NCBI GenBank assembly: GCA_002296975.1
Contig: DBIS01000240.1
Location: forward strand, 1 to 39,612
Length of the DNA stretch: 39,612 bases
Source of the DNA: Deltaproteobacteria bacterium UBA796
Lineage (GTDB): Bacteria > Myxococcota_A > UBA796
Reading direction: 5' to 3'
The notes under the pieces were generated by a model. The model was not told where the DNA came from. It searched no databases and saw nothing but the letters and a program-made list of their open reading frames with translations. The first letter of the stretch is position 1. Each line of letters starts with the position of its first letter. This document shows positions 32,994-39,612 of the stretch, in pieces. The position numbers were made by a program, and so were the translations under genes.

Positions 32994-34499
32994 GTGCGCT
33001 GGCCATTTTTAATGATCTTGTGGCTGCTCGGCGGAGCCTACCTAATTTGGTGGGTGGGGGCCAACCCCTTGCCGGACGGCTTTCAAAACGAATACCTTCT
33101 CGTGGGCAATGCCTATGATTTGTGGGGCGCGCTCACCGACGGTGATATTTGGCATCTGCGCTGGTTCATGTATACCGGCTATTGGCCGTGGGGCCTTTAC
33201 GCTGTGCCTTGGCCTTTTATGGCGGTCTTGGGCCCAGGGCATTTGGCCTTGGTGCTGGGAAACCTGATTCATCTCGGGGTGCTATTGGTGGCCGCCAAGC
33301 ATATTGGCCAGGCCCTCGGCGGGCGGTATGCACCCTTATTGGTTGTGCTATGTCCTGGGGTTTTCGGCAGTCTGGTTCGCTTCGAGCCAAATCTGGCTGT
33401 AATCGCCTGGACCGGGGCCGGCCTCGCTGCATTGGTCGGCAGCAGAAAGATGGAAAGTCGCCGCCATATGTGGGCCTTCGGCGCAGCTTTCGGCATCGGG
33501 CTGATGATGGACCGCTTGTCCGTCGCCTTCTTTTTACTCCCAGCACTCGTGCCTTTGGCCTGGAGAATGAGCAAACGTGCAACGCTGCACTTGTGCCAGG
33601 CCCTCGGCATCACCGCCATTTTGACCGGTGCATACTACCGGGAGTGTTTTATCCGCCACAGCCACGAGCTATTCAGTCAGGTCGGCACCGGCGAAATCGA
33701 CAGCGCGGGCACGCTCACCGAGGTGGGCGCGATGATCGAGTGGGCCTACTACCCGCTCACGCTTTTAGACTCCCAAGCTGGCATTGTTTTGGGGGGCGCG
33801 ATGTTGGTCGCAGTCTTCACCCGACGCTGTGGCGCCGCGATGATTTTATGGGCGTCCATGGCGGGCGGTGTCCTATTTTTCAGCCTAATCAGCAAGCATC
33901 AAGTCTTTTATACGCTACCGGTCCTGGTGCCTTTAGCAGCTTTCTTGTCGGCCAAACCTCGGCTTGCCATCGTGGGCATCGCCGGTGGATTGTGGTCATT
34001 CGCCTCGGTCGGGCTCGACCTTGTGCCGGCTGGCCCGCGATTGGACGAAACCTGGGTAAGCCCGCGCCATACCGTGGCACGGCCGCCCATCGGTATCGAC
34101 ATCGACTTGGCGCCAGTGCTTTCCGCCTTGGCCTCGCCAGCAGGTCAGCCCCCAGCCCACGTGTCTGTGCTCTCAGAAGACCACCGGCTTTTTGAGGGGT
34201 TTTTGCTGCTCGCGGTGAGAGAGCGATGGCCGAATACCCCATCCCGAGGCGTGGTCACCGACCCCCACGGCACCTTTGAGATGTTCAATGAAGTCGATGC
34301 ACTGCTTTGGGTTGGGCCAAAACATGCGCGCTGGCCCACAGCTCAGGGGATCGAAAAGCAGCTTCGTGAAGACAATGTCGACCCCGACTCCATCCCACCC
34401 GCCGCCCGGGTGGTGGCCGCCAGCAAAGCCTCATTTGTTGAGGTTGGGCGATGGTCGGCCGATGAAACACAAGACGCAGTGGTCTTCAGGCGACGCTAA
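32994..34499 (+). CDS. Large polytopic membrane protein, possibly GT-C-fold (ArnT/PMT-like) glycosyltransferase
   Basis: 501 aa with roughly 10 or more TM segments, then a ~130-aa soluble C-terminal domain. GTG start. The family call rests on topology only. Confidence 0.6.
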   Translation: MRWPFLMILWLLGGAYLIWWVGANPLPDGFQNEYLLVGNAYDLWGALTDGDIWHLRWFMYTGYWPWGLYAVPWPFMAVLGPGHLALVLGNLIHLGVLLVAAKHIGQALGGRYAPLLVVLCPGVFGSLVRFEPNLAVIAWTGAGLAALVGSRKMESRRHMWAFGAAFGIGLMMDRLSVAFFLLPALVPLAWRMSKRATLHLCQALGITAILTGAYYRECFIRHSHELFSQVGTGEIDSAGTLTEVGAMIEWAYYPLTLLDSQAGIVLGGAMLVAVFTRRCGAAMILWASMAGGVLFFSLISKHQVFYTLPVLVPLAAFLSAKPRLAIVGIAGGLWSFASVGLDLVPAGPRLDETWVSPRHTVARPPIGIDIDLAPVLSALASPAGQPPAHVSVLSEDHRLFEGFLLLAVRERWPNTPSRGVVTDPHGTFEMFNEVDALLWVGPKHARWPTAQGIEKQLREDNVDPDSIPPAARVVAASKASFVEVGRWSADETQDAVVFRRR

Positions 34500-34540
34500 C
34501 GGCCCCGAGGCCGATTACACTTGCTGTAAGGGGGCGAGAC

Positions 34541-35308
34541 ATGTCGACACAAGCCAAACCAGCAGCGACGGTCATCGTCTTGCGGGACTCACCAAATGGC
34601 CCCGAAGTGCTGATGCTCAAACGTTCTGGTCGGTCTGGATTTTTTCCGAACGCTTGGGTCTATCCAGGCGGGAGGGTCGACGATGCAGACAGGTCCGCGG
34701 CCACAACCGGAGCGGCAAAAGGCCTAGCGAGGGCAGACAAAGCCTTTGGTGTGGCCGCCCTCCGCGAGACCTTTGAAGAAGCCGGCGTATGGCTGGGCCA
34801 AGGCGAGGCCACCCAAGCATTTCGGGATGAGCTCAACTGCCGAAGTGCGTCCCTCGCTGACGCCCCCCATTTGGTCGCCGATCTGGGACGGCTTGCCTTG
34901 TGGGCCTGGTGGGTCACCCCTGAAAATGAACCCAAACGTTATGACACCAGATTTTTTGTGGCCACCCTTAGCCGCGCAGAGGCCCAAAACGTCCGTTGTG
35001 ATGAGCTAGAAACGGTCGAACACCGCTGGATTCGACCCATCGATGCGGTGAATCAAGCAGAGGGTGGCACACTCTTTATGGCGCCGCCGACCTATTTGAC
35101 CCTGTGTGAGTTGTCAGAATTCGACTGTGGTGAAGCCGTGATGAAGGCGAGCGTTGACCGCGATGTGCTCCCAATCATGCCCAAGCTCGACATCGACGAC
35201 AGCCAATGGACCGTCGTGCTGCCCGGTGACCCCAGCTATCCCACTGAAACCCCCGTCGACGGCCCCACGAAGATCGAATTTAAAGCGGGGCGATGGTGTC
35301 GATCTTAA
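34541..35308 (+). CDS. NUDIX hydrolase
   Basis: Nudix box elements GGRVD...ALRETFEEAGVW, with an insertion within the box. AAGGGGG lies upstream of the ATG. Confidence 0.8.
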   Translation: MSTQAKPAATVIVLRDSPNGPEVLMLKRSGRSGFFPNAWVYPGGRVDDADRSAATTGAAKGLARADKAFGVAALRETFEEAGVWLGQGEATQAFRDELNCRSASLADAPHLVADLGRLALWAWWVTPENEPKRYDTRFFVATLSRAEAQNVRCDELETVEHRWIRPIDAVNQAEGGTLFMAPPTYLTLCELSEFDCGEAVMKASVDRDVLPIMPKLDIDDSQWTVVLPGDPSYPTETPVDGPTKIEFKAGRWCRS

Positions 35309-36705
35309 GTTTGGGATTGCTGGTAGCTGCGACGGCATTCGCGGTACCCTACCGCATGGCTCCGCCGCAGAAAATGGCGTTCTTGAGCCCTGAGAATGCC
35401 CACACAAACCACGCCGAACTGATCGTTAAGTTGGTCGAAAATAAAGGTTTGTCCTTTATAAACGGACGGCTCAATGGTCCACCAAGCCCTCTTCACGCCT
35501 TGCTATCCGATGCCATTCCTCATTTTCGCCGTAGCGCAGATGTTCTGGCCGCCGACAGAGCAAAAGCACACCCGAAAGCGGTCTTGGCCGATCTAAGTTT
35601 GTATGTCCGTATCGCAGGCGGCGACCTGAGCACCCGGCGAATTGCCCTGCTGGCTGACCCCAGAGTGGAGTTCGCCTATTTTAGCCCAAATCCCGTCGCA
35701 CCCCCGGTTGATATTCCACCCGACACACCGCTCTTTGAAGATGAGCAGCACTACCGTGGCGCGGGTGAGGAGGGCATGGGTTTTGACATCGCACAAAGCT
35801 GGCCTGGGGCCGGCGGCGAGCATATTTGGGTGAGCGACATCGAGTATGGCTTCGACCCAAGCCATGAGGCCTTCAACGAGATTGATATCGGCCAACTAAA
35901 CCATCCGTCAGACTGGTATCAATTTCACGGAAACGGTGTCTTGGGGATCATGGCCAGCCCGGCCAACAGCTATGGGGTGACCGGATTGATACCTGGGGCG
36001 CAATTCTCGGTTGTGTCGCCATTTACAGCCCCAGATGTGTACAACGTGGCTGATGCGATCAACATCGCCGCCGCTGAGTTGGTGGCCGGTGATGTGCTCT
36101 TGATCGAACAACAAGGGTACATTTTAGACACCTTTACACCCGTCGAGGTGTACCCAGACATTTTCGACGCTATCGCAAGTGCCGTTGCCTTGGGCATTGT
36201 CGTAATCGAGCCTGCTGGCAACGGTGGCTGCGACTTGGATGACCCCATGTGGGAGGATTGGTTTGACCGAGACCTTCGTGACAGCGGTGCGATTATGGTG
36301 GGTGGAGGAGCCTCCCCCTATAGCGATTTTATGCCCCGCTCTTGGTACCCCGGCGGCAGCTGCTTTGGGGGCAGGGTTGATGTTCAGGGCTGGTTTGACG
36401 CCATCGTCACCGCATCTTCGGCCGATGGTGAGCCCAATTTCGTGGACCTGTTTTATCCAGGGGGCGACACCCGCCAGGCGTACACCACAAACTTTGGTGG
36501 CACCAGCGGGGCAGCCGCCTTGGTCGCATCGATCGCAGCAGCCATGAACTCCATGGCCATCGAGACCCGAAGAGACCCCTTCACGCCCATGGACCTTCGT
36601 GCGGCGATGATTTCAACTGGCCACCCTCAAACCGAAAGCGAATCCCAACCCATCGGCCCACAGCCTGATTTGCGGCGTTTGATGCGAATTTGGGGGGTGC
36701 GCTGA
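35293..36705 (+). CDS. Secreted subtilisin-like (S8) serine peptidase
   Basis: Signal peptide, then the catalytic triad contexts VSDIEYG (Asp), HGNGVLGIMAS (His) and GGTSGAAALVASIAAAM (Ser). Overlaps the NUDIX gene by 16 nt. Confidence 0.8.
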   Translation: MVSILSLGLLVAATAFAVPYRMAPPQKMAFLSPENAHTNHAELIVKLVENKGLSFINGRLNGPPSPLHALLSDAIPHFRRSADVLAADRAKAHPKAVLADLSLYVRIAGGDLSTRRIALLADPRVEFAYFSPNPVAPPVDIPPDTPLFEDEQHYRGAGEEGMGFDIAQSWPGAGGEHIWVSDIEYGFDPSHEAFNEIDIGQLNHPSDWYQFHGNGVLGIMASPANSYGVTGLIPGAQFSVVSPFTAPDVYNVADAINIAAAELVAGDVLLIEQQGYILDTFTPVEVYPDIFDAIASAVALGIVVIEPAGNGGCDLDDPMWEDWFDRDLRDSGAIMVGGGASPYSDFMPRSWYPGGSCFGGRVDVQGWFDAIVTASSADGEPNFVDLFYPGGDTRQAYTTNFGGTSGAAALVASIAAAMNSMAIETRRDPFTPMDLRAAMISTGHPQTESESQPIGPQPDLRRLMRIWGVR

Positions 36706-36712
36706 GGGCGAT

Positions 36713-37681
36713 TTATCCTTCAGTCGCAGCCTTCAAGATGGCCCGTTGCTTGGAATCAAACTCCATGGCTATCGCCATGCCTTGGGGGGTTTGAGCCACC
36801 GCGTGTCCAGTGGTCTCCACCGCATCGCCATTGTAGAGTTGAAGCTTCACGTTGACGGGCTGATACAACTCCTTGATCTCAGGATGCGCGACGGTGACCG
36901 CACCTGCAGCCAGCGTGGCCTGATAATCTGCCAAAAAAGAATCTTGAGACAAGTAAATAATCGTCAACTCGATGGGATGCGCCCCAGAGTTAACGACCAC
37001 CAATGGCGGCGTTGGCGGGGGCGGGGGCTCAAACGCCGGCTGAGGTAGCCACGCTGGGGCGTTGACCTCCTCATCGGGCTCAGCCACAGCAACAGGCTCG
37101 ACCACCTCGGTGATCTCATCTTCATCCGACTCAGGAACCAGCACCTCTGACTCAGGAGCCAGCACCGAGAAGCCCACAGCCGGCTCTGGTTCCGATTTAT
37201 CTTCCTGATCCGCCCTCAACGCTTCCCGCATGCGCTCACGCTTCTGGTCTCGGGCGGCGATCGCGGCTTGGTCAGGAATATCACTAACAGCGTCTTCACC
37301 CTCGGAAAGGGCAGCCATTTGAACGGCGATCTCCTGCTTTAAGGCCTCTAGATTTCGCTCCATCTGACGGGACACCCCACCCGTGGCCAGATCGCGCCGC
37401 CAACCATCAAATTTATGGCGGTCTTCGAGGGGCATCTCGACTATTTTCCCTTGATAACGCGGTAAATTATCACCCCGCTTTGGCAATACCCTTTCGATGA
37501 GAACAGTGCCCATCACCGTGGTGTCACTGCCAGACAACTCCATGCGAAATTCGCACTGTATACCTTTGGGGATCTTAAGGTCTATCTCGAAAGTGACCCG
37601 ATCCGCGTCCACTTGGGTGGTCGATCCAAAACGCAATCCAACCGGACTTTGAAGAGCAAACATCAACTGTTGGGAATCCAC
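36713..37681 (-). CDS. Hypothetical protein with beta-rich ends and an acidic/Pro-rich central linker (PilZ-like ends possible)
   Basis: 322 aa. Central region is EDKSEPEPAVG...PESDEDEITEVVEPVAVAEPDEE...PPPPPTPP. GTG start at 37681, with an alternative ATG at 37663. The PilZ assignment is a weak impression only. Confidence 0.5.
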   Translation of the reverse strand: MDSQQLMFALQSPVGLRFGSTTQVDADRVTFEIDLKIPKGIQCEFRMELSGSDTTVMGTVLIERVLPKRGDNLPRYQGKIVEMPLEDRHKFDGWRRDLATGGVSRQMERNLEALKQEIAVQMAALSEGEDAVSDIPDQAAIAARDQKRERMREALRADQEDKSEPEPAVGFSVLAPESEVLVPESDEDEITEVVEPVAVAEPDEEVNAPAWLPQPAFEPPPPPTPPLVVVNSGAHPIELTIIYLSQDSFLADYQATLAAGAVTVAHPEIKELYQPVNVKLQLYNGDAVETTGHAVAQTPQGMAIAMEFDSKQRAILKAATEG

Positions 37682-37785
37682 GGGGGCACGACCTCACTTC
37701 CATCCAAGTCTACCGAACAGGCCTATTTTTTCCTAAATTTCATCCCATTTAGATATTGGGTATGCACCGCTAGACTTTCCATAAA

Positions 37786-39612
37786 TCAAGTCATCCCAGT
37801 CGATCGCCGCCTGTACAAAGCCACTGTCAATAGACAAACCCAAAAAAGACGCCCAAACCAGGCCATTCGGCGCATCGGCGCGACCGAGCATCCGCCTAAA
37901 TCCTCGGTGCCGAGGGGAATAGCACCCGAGAGCAACAAGGCGTCTGCGCTCAACACCACCGATGAATAGGCCACATCCATCGGGGCTCGACTGCGATTGA
38001 TACTCCCCACAGACCCATACACCTCGACCCCAGGCTGAAACCCAGGGACGCTTTGGGCCGAAATTTCAAGCTCTGCGGTGGTGGTATCGATCTCGAACAC
38101 CGCGTCATACTCAACTGGGATCGCATGATGCAAGCCCAAACCTTCAACCCGCGTGGTGTCGTGAGCCACGGGCTGGCCCACGCGAATATATACTGCCAAG
38201 CCGGTGCCGTTTTCTGGGCCCGAAAAGTTCGACACCTTCAACCGTACATGGTCGACACCATTGCCGATGGGGTAACGAAACTGCACCCCGGCCGGCACCC
38301 GCTCATACTCGCCGTGTAAGCCATAATTCAACAAACTTAAGGTCATGGCAGGGCTGATGGAGAGGTCTACAATCCGTTCACAGTCGAGCATGCCAGAGGC
38401 TTCGATATGGGTCGAGACGGCCAACATTGTCTCTGAATCGATGATGGCTTGGTCGGCGAGTTGGCTTGCGGCGGCGATGATGCTGGCCCCAGCATCGGGC
38501 CAATCGGTGCTGTTGGACCACGAGGCGACGGCAGCCACCAACAACTGGCCCATCAGCTGTGGCCCGATGCGCTCATCGTCGATCATTCGCCAGGTCGTCG
38601 CCCCCCATACCGTCCCACTGCGGTGTACCTGAGATTGAAGGTCATCAGGGCACATTTTGGCCTCTGAAAAATCGCGAATGCCCTTCTCCCAATGACTGGA
38701 GCGGGACATCGACTCTGCCAACAGCGGGTCTGGGTTCAAAATCATGGCGAAAGTGTCTGCCACCCCCTCGTTGAGGGCCCCTGGGGTCCAATCCAGCCCG
38801 AGGGAATCGGCTTGCATCCACATGCTTCCAGCCAAACGCCGGACCAGCGCGTGGCCAAACTCGTGGTAGACCACATCGGAGTCATAGCCGAGGTTGAAAC
38901 CATCATCGGAAATCCCGAAACTCAAATCTCGGGTGCCGTCATCATCAAAGTCTCCAAAAAAGGCGTTGGTCATCGGAAAATTAGTGAAAATTTGGATGGG
39001 ATAGCCCAGCCGCAGGCCAAACTCTGTGGCCGCCCATCGGGAAATTTTATCCACATGAAAGTAAACCTGCGCCTCGGTGAAAGGGTCATTGGCCTCGCCC
39101 TCGGCTGGACTATAAAAGTGGTCCCCAAGTACCGTCGACTTGGACTCAGCAGACCATTCCAAACACACCCGCTCGCCAAAAGGCTTTGGGTCGATGAACC
39201 AATCCACACAGGTTGTGGCGAAGGCAAACTTCCCTTTGAGATTCACCGGGTCGGTAAGCCCCGATAAGGTGACGGTCTTGAGATCGGATTCCAGGGGATT
39301 TGGGTCGTACACCTTGGCGGAGGCAGACCACGACGAGGCTTCGGCATCAAATACCTCAGCCGTGCTGGCATCTACCCACACCGACCAACGCCCGCCCATA
39401 GCCGACACCGAAAACCGCCACGCCAAACGGGCACGACCTTCGTCGGGGAACACCACCAATGTTCCACGACGGGAAGGTTGAACCCCCCAACCCAGGGCAA
39501 TGGCTTCAGCCGCTTTTTCTTCAGAAATGGCCGGCACCAGGTTCAGGCCTTCGAGGTCTGGCCAAGGCCTTGGATGGCCGACCGTACGACCGCTCAAAGC
39601 ATAGGTACTAAC
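37786..39612 (-). CDS. Secreted gluzincin metalloprotease (thermolysin/fungalysin-like) with MYXO-CTERM-like tail; 5' end runs off the window
   Basis: HExxH (VVYHEFGHALV) followed by a downstream Glu ligand context (GALNEGVADTF). N-terminal propeptide-like AISEEKAAEAIALG. The frame stays open to position 39612. The C-terminus is GGCSVAP...WFGRLFWVCLLTVALYRRRS. Confidence 0.8.
   Translation of the reverse strand, partial: VSTYALSGRTVGHPRPWPDLEGLNLVPAISEEKAAEAIALGWGVQPSRRGTLVVFPDEGRARLAWRFSVSAMGGRWSVWVDASTAEVFDAEASSWSASAKVYDPNPLESDLKTVTLSGLTDPVNLKGKFAFATTCVDWFIDPKPFGERVCLEWSAESKSTVLGDHFYSPAEGEANDPFTEAQVYFHVDKISRWAATEFGLRLGYPIQIFTNFPMTNAFFGDFDDDGTRDLSFGISDDGFNLGYDSDVVYHEFGHALVRRLAGSMWMQADSLGLDWTPGALNEGVADTFAMILNPDPLLAESMSRSSHWEKGIRDFSEAKMCPDDLQSQVHRSGTVWGATTWRMIDDERIGPQLMGQLLVAAVASWSNSTDWPDAGASIIAAASQLADQAIIDSETMLAVSTHIEASGMLDCERIVDLSISPAMTLSLLNYGLHGEYERVPAGVQFRYPIGNGVDHVRLKVSNFSGPENGTGLAVYIRVGQPVAHDTTRVEGLGLHHAIPVEYDAVFEIDTTTAELEISAQSVPGFQPGVEVYGSVGSINRSRAPMDVAYSSVVLSADALLLSGAIPLGTEDLGGCSVAPMRRMAWFGRLFWVCLLTVALYRRRSTGMT

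Noticed and set aside
33149-34195. 348-aa Arg/Pro/Gly-rich ORF in an alternative plus-strand frame
   Set aside because: It lies inside the polytopic membrane protein gene. Its composition is that of an off-frame translation of GC-rich coding DNA.
36713-37681. Confident PilZ (c-di-GMP receptor) call for the 322-aa protein
   Set aside because: I could not find the RxxxR / D-x-S-x-x-G signature. Only a general beta-rich resemblance remains, so it is kept as hypothetical.
1-39612. Mobile element, prophage or genomic island signature
   Set aside because: No integrase, transposase, tRNA attachment site, terminal inverted repeats or phage structural genes were seen. Gene packing and composition look uniform by eye, although composition was not computed.

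Overview
Tightly packed chromosomal segment of about 35 CDS from a moderately GC-rich bacterium (GC judged by eye, not computed). A MYXO-CTERM-like sorting tail, many lipobox lipoproteins, FHA and HEAT proteins and secreted S8 and gluzincin proteases suggest a Myxococcota/Bradymonadia-type deltaproteobacterium. I saw no rRNA, tRNA, CRISPR array, transposase or integrase. The most unusual content is an eight-gene co-directional, partly translationally coupled plus-strand operon (4396-14482). It encodes an FHA protein, a class I/II aminotransferase, a sulfatase-fold enzyme with Thr at the nucleophile position, a B12-binding radical SAM enzyme, a GyrB ATPase+transducer module fused to a SAM methyltransferase with no Toprim domain, a paralogous free methyltransferase and two sulfotransferases. 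No scaffold synthase or obvious precursor gene is present. The second candidate is a minus-strand unit (21240-14490): an AP-superfamily lipoprotein, a guanidino-modifying-superfamily enzyme, a DMT(EamA) permease fused to an HflK-like SPFH domain, an HflC-like protein and a second HflK-like protein. The window also holds a CbbQ/CbbO-type MoxR-VWA chaperone pair with no recognisable client, followed by a His-rich small membrane protein and a metallophosphoesterase. Other content: a plsB-like/gpsA pair, a solitary SPPY-motif methyltransferase, a second B12-radical SAM gene divergent from a large polytopic membrane protein, a NUDIX hydrolase and several hypothetical lipoproteins. All functional calls come from motif reading and by-eye alignment; no searches were run.
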